Below, piece by piece: positions 9,887 to 20,591 of a stretch of 64,000 nt of DNA. Position 1 is the stretch's first letter. Each line of letters starts with the position of its first letter. Origin of the DNA: a virus (taxonomy: Duplodnaviria; Caudoviricetes); IMG/VR virus record IMGVR_UViG_3300014204_000014, positions 12,851 to 76,850 of that record; one strand, given 5' to 3'. The notes under the pieces are model-generated. The model ran no database searches and was not told the origin of the DNA. It worked only from the letters and a program-made list of their open reading frames with translations. The translations under genes and the position numbers were made by a program.

Positions 9887-11317
9887 CTATCCCTTGCGTT
9901 TTTTATCATATTCTGGCTTTTCTTCTTCAATTAATTTTACTAAGCTTTTCAAATGGCTATCTAAGCATGGCCTACCTAAATCCAAACATTGTGTAACTAC
10001 TACCTGTTCATTTATTCCTCGCCCTTCACGTATTTCCATTAAGCCTAATCTCATTATATTTAAACTTTGCTCTTTTTTAGTTTGATTCAATCCTATTGCC
10101 ATTGTTACGTTATTTATTTTCCTAATATCCTCAGAAGCATGAGAAGTTTTTACATCAGTATCGAATGTAGCCTTAGCAGTATGACTCGCTGTTATTATTG
10201 CTATATTCCTTCTTATTGCCAACTGCCGTAATCCTACCCAAATATTATTTAATCTTTCTCTTGCTACATTTTCCTTAAAGCCCTTATCAGGAACCATATA
10301 ATCAGCATAATCCAAAACTATAACATCAGGAATAAAATTCTCATAGTGATATAAATTATCTAAAGTAGATTCGATCCATGAAACATTTATTACATCAAGC
10401 GGGCGAAGTATTTTTATTTCACCTTTTCTGTATAACCTTTTTATTTTCTTTTGAAATTGCGAAATGTTTTCTAGGTCGATTCCTTCTTTTTGTTTTTCGT
10501 GCTGAATAATATCATATTTCCCTTCATCATCTTGCTCAAAAGTTGCATAACTAATTTCTTGAGTTGTTTTTGGATGGCCTGTTAAAGAAGGCCATGCTCG
10601 CCTAATCATTTCATTTTCAGTCATTTCCAAAGTAATGTGCAAAACTTTACACCCATGTGCTAATGCTTGCAATGAACTATACCATAGCCAATGGCTTTTT
10701 CCGCGCTTGGCGGGGCCAAAAAAACTTACAAAATCTCCTCGATTTATTGGTTGAATTACTTTACCTAAATCTCCAGGGAAAGTTATTAGTGTATCATTTT
10801 CCATAGTAAATGCTTGAATTATTTTATTTGTGTCTTTTAATAAATCTACTCCTTGCCCTGAAGGCTTTTCTATTCGTTTATAATTGGCTATTAAATTTTC
10901 TAGCTTATCGCAATCATTTTCAATTAGTGCTGATTCAATTTGACTTTTCAATAATTCCCCTGAGCGGATTTTTAAATACTTAATGGCTTCATTGATAGAA
11001 AAATCTACATTATTTATTTCTGATAATTGCTCATACTTATTTGATAGATTGGTCAATAAAAGCGAAATAGCATCTTTATCTTCATTGTCCTTATGAATCA
11101 TTATCTTATTCTTGTATAGATTCTGTATATCCTTTTTTGGAGCGCATTTAAATTCATCATAATACTCTAGACACCAATTCGCTATAGTTCTTGAATAACT
11201 AGTTTTTAGCAATTTAGAATTAAATATGGGGGCTATCTCTGATAAAAACCTATCAGAAGTAATCATATAAATAAGTAGGGTTACTTCCTTGTCTGAGTTT
11301 ATTTTTTTATGAACCAA
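9887..11317 (-). CDS. Replicative DNA helicase, DnaB-like
   Basis: Walker A GPAKRGKS, ITLEM, Walker B VIVLDYAD, ITASH; C-terminal REGR. Confidence 0.85.
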   Translation of the reverse strand: MVHKKINSDKEVTLLIYMITSDRFLSEIAPIFNSKLLKTSYSRTIANWCLEYYDEFKCAPKKDIQNLYKNKIMIHKDNEDKDAISLLLTNLSNKYEQLSEINNVDFSINEAIKYLKIRSGELLKSQIESALIENDCDKLENLIANYKRIEKPSGQGVDLLKDTNKIIQAFTMENDTLITFPGDLGKVIQPINRGDFVSFFGPAKRGKSHWLWYSSLQALAHGCKVLHITLEMTENEMIRRAWPSLTGHPKTTQEISYATFEQDDEGKYDIIQHEKQKEGIDLENISQFQKKIKRLYRKGEIKILRPLDVINVSWIESTLDNLYHYENFIPDVIVLDYADYMVPDKGFKENVARERLNNIWVGLRQLAIRRNIAIITASHTAKATFDTDVKTSHASEDIRKINNVTMAIGLNQTKKEQSLNIMRLGLMEIREGRGINEQVVVTQCLDLGRPCLDSHLKSLVKLIEEEKPEYDKKRKG

Positions 11318-11320
11318 ATT

Positions 11321-12142
11321 TTATTCCTCAAGTAAATTTCCATATTTAGAAATAGGATTTGGATTTTGCTCTGGATGTTTAATTCTATTGACTGCTATTT
11401 CAAAATACTTTTCATCCTTTTCTATGCCAATAAATTTTCTATTTGTATATTTACAAGCTATTCCAACACTACCACTCCCCATACAATTATCCAATATAGT
11501 TTCATTCTCTAAAGTATATGTTTTTATTAAATATTCCAATAGTTTTATAGGTTTCTGGTTAGGGTGATACCTTCCACTATTATTTCGTATTTCCCTATTA
11601 AATCTTATCACATCTCTAGGGAATCGTTTTGTGTTGTCATACTCATCTTGTATCACAGTATTTATAGGTATTGATTCTGGCCTATTCATAATCCCACTTT
11701 GACTCAGATTTAATCCCTTTTTATTATTTTTAGGCTGGATGCTATTCTCCATTATAGGATAATATATTTTTGAATTAAATATAGAAATTATTTCGTGCAC
11801 TCTACCAGGAGAATAGTGCATACCAGTAATATTTGAAGGTCTTTCCTTTTCCCATACCCAATCATATTTAAATCCTTTTATATTTGACATTCTTAGGTAA
11901 CTAGAAAACGGCTCACTACCAAATAAAGCAATACAGCCTTTGTCCTTAATAATTCTTTTATATTGTTCCCATAAAGGCTCAAAGGGAATTATTACATCCC
12001 ATTTACAAGCTGTAGTTCCATAGGGCAAATCACATAAAATCATATCTATACTTTTATCAGGAATTAATTTCATAACTTCTAAACAATCACCATGATAGAG
12101 AGTACAATTATCTATTACTGTTTTATTATATAAATTCTTCAA
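11321..12142 (-). CDS. DNA methyltransferase, N4-C/N6-A beta class
   Basis: GDCLEVM, ILCDLPYG (motif IV), HPNQKP, ILDNCMGSGS (motif I). Confidence 0.9.
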   Translation of the reverse strand: MKNLYNKTVIDNCTLYHGDCLEVMKLIPDKSIDMILCDLPYGTTACKWDVIIPFEPLWEQYKRIIKDKGCIALFGSEPFSSYLRMSNIKGFKYDWVWEKERPSNITGMHYSPGRVHEIISIFNSKIYYPIMENSIQPKNNKKGLNLSQSGIMNRPESIPINTVIQDEYDNTKRFPRDVIRFNREIRNNSGRYHPNQKPIKLLEYLIKTYTLENETILDNCMGSGSVGIACKYTNRKFIGIEKDEKYFEIAVNRIKHPEQNPNPISKYGNLLEE

Positions 12143-12483
12143 AATCTACTTATCCCGCTTATCAAAATTCTTCTTCATAATATAATAGCTTTTTATTGCA
12201 TCAAATAACGGTACTGGCTTTAGTCCAGCATTTATACGCTCTCTACGAATCTCAGTATTAATCCAGATTAAATACTCAATTAGTTTTTTCATTTTACTTC
12301 CACCTTTCCGTTAAAAGCTTCAGATGCCTTTAACGCATTTACTTTATTAACATATTTGAAAGCCTTATCTTCAAATGGAATTAGTACAACCTTACACTTT
12401 TTGTAATTCATAACTCGTTTAATATACCATTCATCAAAAAATGTACTACGCTTAATTACCTTAACAATATAATGAGTCATTAA

Positions 12484-12696
12484 TTAGCATTTCCCTTCTA
12501 CTGGAGCAAAACTTGGTTTTTGTGGAACCATCCAATAGTCAGGGCGTTCACATTCATATTCGCCATCCCACCATTTATAATTTTCTAAGCGATACCCAGC
12601 GAACCAGCACCCACCAGAGTACATTCCTAATACTTGCAAGTCTAAAGGAGGCAATATATCTTCAGATAAATACCACCTGCCCTTTTCTATATTCAC
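12484..12696 (-). CDS. Small hypothetical protein (DUF551-like)
   Basis: W...EDILPP ... PDYWMVPQKP. Confidence 0.5.
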   Translation of the reverse strand: MNIEKGRWYLSEDILPPLDLQVLGMYSGGCWFAGYRLENYKWWDGEYECERPDYWMVPQKPSFAPVEGKC

Positions 12697-12861
12697 AATT
12701 ATCTTCCTGAATAAGTAATAATATACTTTAGTGCAAACTTATCTCCATCGAATGGATTTTGTCTAAAGTATTTTATATCAGGATCAACTAGCAATCCATT
12801 AGGGCATTCAACTTCAATGTTTTTATCTTGCTGAAGACTATTCAAGCTTCTTATTAGCTGC

Positions 12862-13332
12862 TTAACTGTCATTTTGATGCTCCTCATCAAACCGCTTCCA
12901 GCATATTTCTTTATTAGGAAATCTGACGCAACTTTTAAAACTTCCGCAACATATGCAGTCATCCCATATAGGCTTTAATTTATAATTAGCTGTTTGATAC
13001 CACCAAGCAGGACAAACATACTTTCTCATTTCCCTTTTATTTGGAAAAGGTCCGCCCTCTTCCCAATCAGAATACAATACCCCACCAAAATCTTCTAATT
13101 TACAATCATTATTTTCCCCTATATAAATACCTGGATTAACTTCAAACACTCTTTTTACTCTTGGATTGTATTTTATTACACTAAATTCTTTGTACTCGTG
13201 CTCAAAATGAAATTTTCCACTTCCATTACACTTATAACAAACTACTGCTGCTCCATCTTTTTCAGCACTCCCAATGTATAGTCCAGTTCCTTCGCAAGCT
13301 GAACATTCTTCATCAAATTCTATTTTACTCAT
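12862..13332 (-). CDS. Cys-rich hypothetical protein with DnaJ-like zinc-finger repeats
   Basis: CSACEGTG and CYKCNGSG (CxxCxGxG), further Cys cluster at the C-terminus. Confidence 0.6.
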   Translation of the reverse strand: MSKIEFDEECSACEGTGLYIGSAEKDGAAVVCYKCNGSGKFHFEHEYKEFSVIKYNPRVKRVFEVNPGIYIGENNDCKLEDFGGVLYSDWEEGGPFPNKREMRKYVCPAWWYQTANYKLKPIWDDCICCGSFKSCVRFPNKEICWKRFDEEHQNDS

Positions 13333-13362
13333 GCATATCTCCTTACCTATAAATCTAATACT

Positions 13363-13647
13363 TTAATTGATTTCAAAAATATCTTTAATGTCTGAATGAG
13401 TAAAATTATTTGACCCCGTTATTTTCTTAAATATTTTCTTCTTATAGTATACGCATTTCTTTAATTCTGATATGGCACATCTAAGAGCAAAGAAAGCATC
13501 CAATCGTTTAAATTCTAATTTATAGTTCTTGGTCCTTTCTTCGTGAAATATTGCTCTCTTTATTAACTGATTGTAAGCCTCTTTATCTTTACAATAAACA
13601 TCCCAGCCGTCGGTATAAAAATTCTTACAACTTTCACATATACTCAT
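13363..13647 (-). CDS. Hypothetical protein
   Basis: 94 aa, GGAG RBS, promoter motif at 13663-13675. Confidence 0.55.
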   Translation of the reverse strand: MSICESCKNFYTDGWDVYCKDKEAYNQLIKRAIFHEERTKNYKLEFKRLDAFFALRCAISELKKCVYYKKKIFKKITGSNNFTHSDIKDIFEIN

Positions 13648-13674
13648 TTATTACTCCTTACATATATTATATAC

Positions 13675-15324
13675 TTAGGAAAGCAATTTTTTACGATACT
13701 TCTTAATCACTTCCATAGTCATATTAGTTTGGAAAAAGTCATCATTAGATTTTCCATCAAGCACCTTAGAAACATTATCATATTTTGTATTCAATAAATC
13801 CATCAAATCAGTTTCTACAGAATCCTCATTTAGTAAATAATAAGCAGTGATTGAATCCGCTTCCTGCCCGATGCGGTTCACTCGATCCTCGGCTTGCTCG
13901 TGGTCAAATGGACTATAACCAAATTCCACAAAAGCGCAAGCATTTGCCGCTGTTAAAGTAATTCCAATCCCTGCCGCTTGAATCTGCCCTATAAATAATC
14001 TAATCTTTAGATCGTTTTGAAATTTATCTACAACTGATTTTCTTTCATCAGCAGGAGTGGAGCCGTCTAAGGTGACGGAAATATCTTTGAATTGTGAATA
14101 AATATCTGCCAGAGCTTTTGTGTGGTAAGTAAAAACTACCAATTTATTATCAGTAGTTAAATAATCTCTGATCCATTGAATTACAGAATTGCGCTTTGCT
14201 AGATAAGCCAACTGCTTTAATTTTTCCATTTGGGTCTGAGCATCTAAGCCATTTTTAATATGATCTTTTAGCCATAATATAAAATCCTGATCTGCTTTCA
14301 AATACTCTTTTTCATCAATAGGATTTAATTCCATAGGGACAATTATTTTCTGCTTGGGAGGAAGCTCTTTTAATACTTCACTTTTTAATCTGCGAATCAT
14401 CATTGGAGATATTTTGCTATGAAGCTCTTCAGTATTTGTAGCTCCTATAAACTGCCAGCCAAATCCATTGTTTTTTGGTCCGCAGAATTTCCAAAGGTAT
14501 TTCCAACGATTAGGAAACATTAAAGGATTTAATAGATTAAGCATTGGAAATAAATCAGCAGGACGATTTCTCATCGGTGTCCCTGATAATCCTATAAACA
14601 TTTTTGGCGATAAAGTCTTTTTAGCTTTTGTTACTGCTCTGGTTCTCAATGAAGCATTATTGGAAATGAACTGAAACTCGTCAACTATAATTCCTTTGAT
14701 ATTTAATTCAGGTAATCTATCCACCCAGCCTTTTATATCCACAACTTTTCTTTTGCCATTTTTAGGATCAGTGGAAATTATATTGTATGCCATTACATCA
14801 TAATTGATAATATACCATTTAAATCCTCTTTGAATAACAGGAGTTGGTTTTTCACCTGACAATATATAAGCATCTTCATTTATCCATTTATGAATTTCAT
14901 ACGCCCAATTTAGCTTTATTGATGCAGGACAAATCACTAATATGGGACGAATCTCTGGATGAAGTTTTGCATAGCCAATTGCTTGAATTGTTTTTCCAAT
15001 TCCCATGTCATCATTTAACATTCCTTGACCATTAACTGATTCTAAGAAAGTTACTCCATCAATCTGATAATCTCTAAATCCTTCAAATAAACTTCTATCA
15101 ATTTTTGGTTTAGCCTTTTCTGTTATGCTTATTATAGGCATTTCAAAGCCGGCTTCTTTCAATAACTTATAATTATTTTCTGTATTAGGAGCGATCCACA
15201 GGCTTTTATCCTTGACGAATTCCCTTCCATCCAAGCTCTTTACCAAAGCCAAGTTTTGAGCGAAATCAGAGCCGAAAAACTTGATTACGAGCTGACCTTG
15301 CTCTAAACTGACGATCTTAGCCAT
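13675..15324 (-). CDS. SNF2/SWI2-family helicase-like ATPase (HARP/SMARCAL1-like)
   Basis: RDYQIDG, NDDMGIGKT, IINYD, IVDEFQ, LSGTPMRN, IRRLKSEVLKELP, GIGITLT, QAEDRVNRIGQ. Confidence 0.92.
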   Translation of the reverse strand: MAKIVSLEQGQLVIKFFGSDFAQNLALVKSLDGREFVKDKSLWIAPNTENNYKLLKEAGFEMPIISITEKAKPKIDRSLFEGFRDYQIDGVTFLESVNGQGMLNDDMGIGKTIQAIGYAKLHPEIRPILVICPASIKLNWAYEIHKWINEDAYILSGEKPTPVIQRGFKWYIINYDVMAYNIISTDPKNGKRKVVDIKGWVDRLPELNIKGIIVDEFQFISNNASLRTRAVTKAKKTLSPKMFIGLSGTPMRNRPADLFPMLNLLNPLMFPNRWKYLWKFCGPKNNGFGWQFIGATNTEELHSKISPMMIRRLKSEVLKELPPKQKIIVPMELNPIDEKEYLKADQDFILWLKDHIKNGLDAQTQMEKLKQLAYLAKRNSVIQWIRDYLTTDNKLVVFTYHTKALADIYSQFKDISVTLDGSTPADERKSVVDKFQNDLKIRLFIGQIQAAGIGITLTAANACAFVEFGYSPFDHEQAEDRVNRIGQEADSITAYYLLNEDSVETDLMDLLNTKYDNVSKVLDGKSNDDFFQTNMTMEVIKKYRKKLLS

Positions 15325-15671
15325 TTCTGCCTTCCTACAGCCCTTGAAATCTCGTCTATAATGATAAAAATCGCGTCAAAACGATATGTCTAACCGATTT
15401 AAGGTATAAAGCCCCATTCCATTGATTTATAGTATAAATTTACCTAATTTTTACGCTATAAATCTATCTCTGGATCATAGGGGTGGATTGACATTATACT
15501 TGCCCATTTTTGCTCTTTATCATTCAAATATAAAGCCTGTTCTCTATTAAGTTTCATATTCCATTTATTATGCAAAAAATCTATCGCATCTTTCATTGTT
15601 AAAAAATAATAATCATTTGAATATCCATCGCAGTAATAATTTCCATTTTCAATAGTATAAATAGTTTTCAT

Positions 15672-16790
15672 TTAATCAGCTCCTGCTTTGAAGTTATAAA
15701 TAGGTTTAACAAAATCAATAATATCTACTGTTTCTTTTATAGAGTTAATAATCATTTGAGTATTTTTATAAGCATCAGGCGCTTCATCAATAGTATTAAG
15801 ATTAGCCGTTGTAGTATAAATATCTCTCATTTGAGCTTCAAATATTTCTATTGATAAAAGTTCCTTAGCCTTAGTACGAGATAAAGCTCTACCAGCTCCG
15901 TGAGGAGCAGAATAATTCCATTTGCTATTTCCTTTACCCTTACAGATTGCTAAGCCGTCTCGCATATTAAATGGAATAATTACATACTCATTTTCTCGTG
16001 CTGGTGTAGCCCCTTTACGAATAATATTATCATCACCGATAAAATTATGTACTGATTCAATTTCTTGCATAGGAATTGAATTCTTCAAATATTCTGTGAT
16101 CCTGTTCATCATTTCATGTCGATTTAGTGATGCAAACTTTTGGGCAACCTTCAAATCCCCAATATAATCTTGTCCATCTTTTTCATTAGTTAATAGAAAT
16201 TCCAAATCTTTATATTCATTTCCAATAAAATACTTTTTCAAATTAGCCTTAGCAATTGATTGATAATAATTGGCGACTTTCAATCCAAAGTTTCTGCTTC
16301 CAGAATGAATAGTTACCCAATAATTATTTTCAGAATCTTTGCCAATCTCCACGAAGTGATTACCTGAACCAAGCGACCCGATAGACAAGAAAACTCGTAA
16401 TGATTCAATTCCTATATTCATACAAACATTTTCAATATCTTCAAGAAATGGATTCGATCTAAATCCGCTATTAACTGAAAATCCTGATGGGATATTTTTC
16501 TTTATGAAATTATCAAATTTTGGCAAGTCAATCTTTTCTATTGCAAACTTCCTAGATAGCATTCCGCAACCAATATCTACCCCAACTATATTAGGAATTA
16601 TATAATCATTCATTTTCATAGTAAATCCGATGCAAGAACCAGAGCCAGTGTGGCAATCCGGCATTATAGCAATATAAGTATTTTCAAAAGCAGGATGATT
16701 CAAAAAAGTTTGAATCTGCTCCTTTGTACTTTCATCAATCTCGTCAATCATAATATTTGCTGAATTGTATTTACCTTTCATTGTAATCAT
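15672..16790 (-). CDS. rtcB: RtcB-family RNA ligase
   Basis: MPDCHTG, VGVDIGCGM, GSLGSGNHFVE, HSGSRNFG, PFNMRDG, SAPHGAGR, DEAPDAYK. Confidence 0.95.
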   Translation of the reverse strand: MITMKGKYNSANIMIDEIDESTKEQIQTFLNHPAFENTYIAIMPDCHTGSGSCIGFTMKMNDYIIPNIVGVDIGCGMLSRKFAIEKIDLPKFDNFIKKNIPSGFSVNSGFRSNPFLEDIENVCMNIGIESLRVFLSIGSLGSGNHFVEIGKDSENNYWVTIHSGSRNFGLKVANYYQSIAKANLKKYFIGNEYKDLEFLLTNEKDGQDYIGDLKVAQKFASLNRHEMMNRITEYLKNSIPMQEIESVHNFIGDDNIIRKGATPARENEYVIIPFNMRDGLAICKGKGNSKWNYSAPHGAGRALSRTKAKELLSIEIFEAQMRDIYTTTANLNTIDEAPDAYKNTQMIINSIKETVDIIDFVKPIYNFKAGAD

Positions 16791-17689
16791 AGCCCTAACT
16801 CCTTTTTAACAAATTCTTCCTCTAACTTATTATACGCGCCAGGATCATGTTTAAATCCGGGATTAAATATCCAAGCGTCTTTTCCAAAACTACTTAATCT
16901 ATCTGCATATTGCTCCGCTCGCTCTTGCGCTTCCTTTTCGTTATCAAATAAAAATGTAATTTCATCAAATCTATTAGCCAGCAAAATAATCTGCTCTTCA
17001 CTTAAACTTGTACCCATAGTAGCACAGACGTTTTTTGGCCCTAGTCGCCAGCAATCAAAAACTCCTTCAACTACTAATACTCTTTTCTCTAAACAATTAT
17101 CCAAATTATATAATATATGTTTAGGATTTATTATGCTCTTTTCTATAGAATAATTCTTATACCTTAATATTTGTAGTTCATCGCATTTTGCTTTTGAAAA
17201 AATACTTCTTGCTTGAAATGAAACTAATTGCTTATTGTAATAAATAGGTATAATAATTCTAAAGGACCAATCTCCTGTTATACCACCCCAAGTAATGCCA
17301 TAATCTCGAATAATATAATCAGGCTTAAAACCACGTTTGCTAACATATAAATATGCCATTCCTTTATTTTCAATTTCTTCTCCTGGTAATGATATGTCTA
17401 TATTAACTTTTTTATGATTTAGTTTATTATGTAAAACTGATTCTGTAGAATATTGCTTTAGAATCTCTTTTGCTTTGTGAAAGGATACTTGCAATAGTTC
17501 GGCAAAAACTTCTTCAGTAGAATGCCCTGTGCAAGTCCAGCAGTGATAGTAACCTTTTTCAATATTTAATCCACCTTTAAATCCTCTGGAGCCATTCTCA
17601 TGGAATGGACAGTTTATATTAATCCATTCTTTAGTATCATTTTTATATTCAATATTATAATCATTTAGTAAAGATACAAAATCGTACAT
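16787..17689 (-). CDS. DNA primase (zinc finger plus TOPRIM)
   Basis: NCPFH...YHCWTC zinc-binding domain; VLVVEGVFD and FLFDNE TOPRIM motifs; GGAG RBS before ATG at 17689. Confidence 0.88.
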   Translation of the reverse strand: MYDFVSLLNDYNIEYKNDTKEWININCPFHENGSRGFKGGLNIEKGYYHCWTCTGHSTEEVFAELLQVSFHKAKEILKQYSTESVLHNKLNHKKVNIDISLPGEEIENKGMAYLYVSKRGFKPDYIIRDYGITWGGITGDWSFRIIIPIYYNKQLVSFQARSIFSKAKCDELQILRYKNYSIEKSIINPKHILYNLDNCLEKRVLVVEGVFDCWRLGPKNVCATMGTSLSEEQIILLANRFDEITFLFDNEKEAQERAEQYADRLSSFGKDAWIFNPGFKHDPGAYNKLEEEFVKKELGL

Positions 17690-17700
17690 TATTTTTCTCC

Positions 17701-17746
17701 AAAAAAAAGAGGTCATAGCCAAGCATTTCTGCCTAGCCATGACCTC
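17701..17746 (-). terminator. Rho-independent terminator after 17755-18057
   Basis: Minus strand AGAGGTCATGGCTAGG-loop-CTTGGCTATGACCTCT followed by a T run. Confidence 0.8.
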
Positions 17747-17754
17747 TGATAAAT

Positions 17755-18057
17755 CTAATGAGCCTCTTCAGAAATTTCTTCAGCCTTTTCCTTTGCCTTT
17801 CGCTTAGGCTTCGCTTCAATAATCTTTTCTGCTACAGCTTCAACTGCCTTTTCAGAAACCTTTACGGGATCGTGGAGAATCGTATAGCGACCATCAGCAT
17901 AAGTGCCAACTAGCAAATGCATTACTGCCCCGATATCAACCCGTCCATGATCATCTACAAAGCAATTTTCTTCTTTCGCGCGAGTAATAAAATTGCTGAA
18001 AGTCTCATTTGTCTCTCGCGTCCACATCGCGTGATTCGCATTTCCATCAAACTTCAT
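17755..18057 (-). CDS. Hypothetical protein with charged C-terminal tail
   Basis: 100 aa, GGAG RBS, own terminator, higher GC than neighbours. Confidence 0.7.
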   Translation of the reverse strand: MKFDGNANHAMWTRETNETFSNFITRAKEENCFVDDHGRVDIGAVMHLLVGTYADGRYTILHDPVKVSEKAVEAVAEKIIEAKPKRKAKEKAEEISEEAH

Positions 18058-18088
18058 TTTGCACTCCTTAGATAAATTTAACTATATC

Positions 18089-18517
18089 TTATGATATAGC
18101 GTTTGCCTTTTTCTTTTCCCAATACTCAGTCATTCGCTTTCTCGAAGCTTCCTTCTTCACAGGATCGCTTCTCTTGTCCATCTTCTTTATTATATACTTG
18201 CTTGACGCTTTTTTATCCTTAACTAGAATAAAGTATTTTTGTAGAATTATTTTAATTGCTTTTATATCATTCCAAACATTCGTCCCTGCTACCTCCTGCT
18301 CTATTTTCTTGCATAAAGCATATTGATGAATTGGCCTAAGCGTATCACGAATCTCTGGCCAAAAATCAAACCCACACTTTTCCTTTCCTGTAATTTGAAG
18401 CTCCACTATATTATATTCAGGATCATTTTTAATTTTTCCTAGTTTGTTTTTCTTTCTTGTTTCGTGGGCCTTCATCTTTGTTTCAACTGATACCTTAAAG
18501 CCTTTTGCTCTACCCAT
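18089..18517 (-). CDS. Basic protein with NUMOD3-like N-terminal motif
   Basis: GGAGG RBS then MGRAKGFKVSVETKMKAHETRKKNK; N-terminus similar to 19663-19935. Confidence 0.55.
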   Translation of the reverse strand: MGRAKGFKVSVETKMKAHETRKKNKLGKIKNDPEYNIVELQITGKEKCGFDFWPEIRDTLRPIHQYALCKKIEQEVAGTNVWNDIKAIKIILQKYFILVKDKKASSKYIIKKMDKRSDPVKKEASRKRMTEYWEKKKANAIS

Positions 18518-18518
18518 G

Positions 18519-19034
18519 TTAACTCGCCTCCTTATTCCACCAATCACCAATTTCATTCCAAGCATTTATGATTCTATTCTTGTCCCAACCATACACATAA
18601 TGATACCATTTTGATACAGAAAAGAATGAAGGTCTTTTTGTATACTCTCCTGGCAATTCCCATTTTCTACTTATGATAAAATCTAAAATTGTTTTAGCAT
18701 CATTTGATAAACTTATTTTATCGTCTATGCTCTCCATAGTTTCGATAAATCTATCAAATGATTTCTCTGGCCATTGGGCATCAATTAAATAATGATACCT
18801 TTTATACTGTACTTTGCAATAATTGTTTATTTTATCTTTTAGCCCTCTAAAAAGATACGTTGAAAATGAAGCTCGCTGTGGATCATATTTTTCTGCAATC
18901 TCGCAAAAGAATAAATATGCTTCTGACTGCAATTCCTCCTTTTCAAAAACTCTATAGCGTTTATATGCTCTCCAAACAAAACCTTCAACCATAGGACGAA
19001 ATTGATTGAATAATTCTGTAGTTGCTTCCATCAA
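18519..19034 (-). CDS. RNA polymerase sigma-70-family factor (region 2)
   Basis: FNQFRPMVEGFV...EELQSEAYLFFCEIAEKYDPQRASFSTYL fits sigma region 2.1-2.3. Confidence 0.75.
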   Translation of the reverse strand: MMEATTELFNQFRPMVEGFVWRAYKRYRVFEKEELQSEAYLFFCEIAEKYDPQRASFSTYLFRGLKDKINNYCKVQYKRYHYLIDAQWPEKSFDRFIETMESIDDKISLSNDAKTILDFIISRKWELPGEYTKRPSFFSVSKWYHYVYGWDKNRIINAWNEIGDWWNKEAS

Positions 19035-19199
19035 TTTGCCTCTTGTATTTCTCGCTCATTGAAAATAAGTCTAGCTTGACTTGAAGGAATAGAAGCTAGA
19101 ACATTATTTTCCCTATCATAAATAATAATTCTATCATTAACATTTTCCATCAAAGTACAGCGAAACATTTTTTTAGTATTGCTATCAAATAGCTTCATA

Positions 19200-19490
19200 T
19201 TAAATCTCCTTATAGCGAGTCAAGGCATGGCTTTCATCCTTTTCAGGAGAAAGATCAAAAAGGAAATTTTTAATGATAACAAATAGTCTGATAAATACAC
19301 TTTGCATTTTTACATAAATTATATTGTCAGTATTAATTCCCATATCTCTAGCTTTGACCTCACACAAAGCAAGATCATCATACAATTCCATATCATAAAA
19401 AAGCGTAGGGCTCTCTTTTTCGATCATTTTATAGTATAACACATCAGAAATAGCATCTTCTTTTTCTTCCTCAGAATAATTCATTTTCAT
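19200..19490 (-). CDS. Hypothetical protein
   Basis: 96 aa ORF with GGAGG RBS. Confidence 0.55.
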   Translation of the reverse strand: MKMNYSEEEKEDAISDVLYYKMIEKESPTLFYDMELYDDLALCEVKARDMGINTDNIIYVKMQSVFIRLFVIIKNFLFDLSPEKDESHALTRYKEI

Positions 19491-19662
19491 TCCTCCTCAA
19501 TATGAATCTTATGGCCAGTCCACAATCTGAACAATTCATTTTTAATTTCATTTTCCATACCTAACATTATATTATATGATTTTTCCATCTCTGCTGTATA
19601 GATTGATTTAGAAAAAGTTTCTCTAGCTTCAAAATACTTCTTTGCATAAAATCCTAAATCGT

Positions 19663-19935
19663 TCATTTTACGCTCTCCTTTGCTTTCTTTACCGTTGGAT
19701 ATAATCTGCCTCTAAAATTATTTTCTTCAGAAGCAAATACAGGATATGGAAGAGCATTTATTTCTTTATCAATTCCATATCCTACGATTTTTACTTCTCG
19801 CTCTGCCTTCTTAGTCTTTACTTTTTCTTGTCCTGCAATCATCCCCTCCTCAGCTTTTAGCTTTGCCGCTTTTCGGCCAGCTTGCATTTTGGCCTTTTGA
19901 GACTCTGATAACTTAAAGCCTTTTGGTCTAGCCAT
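19663..19935 (-). CDS. Basic protein with NUMOD3-like N-terminal motif
   Basis: MARPKGFKLSESQKAKMQAGRKAAK. Confidence 0.55.
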   Translation of the reverse strand: MARPKGFKLSESQKAKMQAGRKAAKLKAEEGMIAGQEKVKTKKAEREVKIVGYGIDKEINALPYPVFASEENNFRGRLYPTVKKAKESVK

Positions 19936-20507
19936 TACTCTATCCTCGATCCAGCCCTTTGCCACATTCCGATAGCGAAGGCCAGTTCCATTTTTGTAAT
20001 TTCCCCTCGATGGAACATTACAAAATACCTCTTCAGTTCTGAATAATTCATAAAACCTCCTTTACCAATATCTGTTTCTAGCAAGAGTATCGCTTTTATA
20101 TTCAGCAATTGCATTTGTTAAATTTTTATCTTCCTCGTCAATTAGAGCATGGCGAATCTTTTTGTTATCACATCTTGCTCTGAATTTGCATTTTGTATTG
20201 CAATATTTCCTGTACTCCTCCTTCCAAGACTCTACAACGCCATCTTCATTTCTCGTAAGCTTGAAAAAAGGCTTATGTCTAAATGTCCTGCTCATTTACT
20301 CCTCCTCAATGACCCCATTATTCAAAGCAAAATTCAAATCATCACAAAAACAGTTTTCATTTTTAAATCTATTTCTTAAATAATAGTATTCAGTAAATGT
20401 TTTTGTTACTAATATCCTATAGCCTAACTTTTCAATTCTGTTTTTTACTTTAATAAACGCTTCAAACCCATCACAATCAATCATCTAATCCTCCTTATAA
20501 AAATATA

Positions 20508-20581
20508 TGCGCCATGATGGACTTGAACCACCGACCTTTTGTGTATCAGACAACTGCTCTGACCAACTGAGCTAATGGCGC
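20508..20581 (-). tRNA. tRNA-Ile (GAT)
   Basis: GCGCCAT/ATGGCGC acceptor, TAGCTCAGTTGGTCAGAGC D arm, CT-GAT-AC anticodon loop, GGTTCAAGTCC T arm; no encoded CCA. Confidence 0.9.
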
Positions 20582-20591
20582 GAAAACATTT

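Noticed and set aside
17690-17740. Extended primase N-terminus MARQKCLAMTSFFWRKI from the ORF track
   Set aside because: Overlaps a terminator hairpin; the GGAG-preceded ATG at 17689 is the better start.
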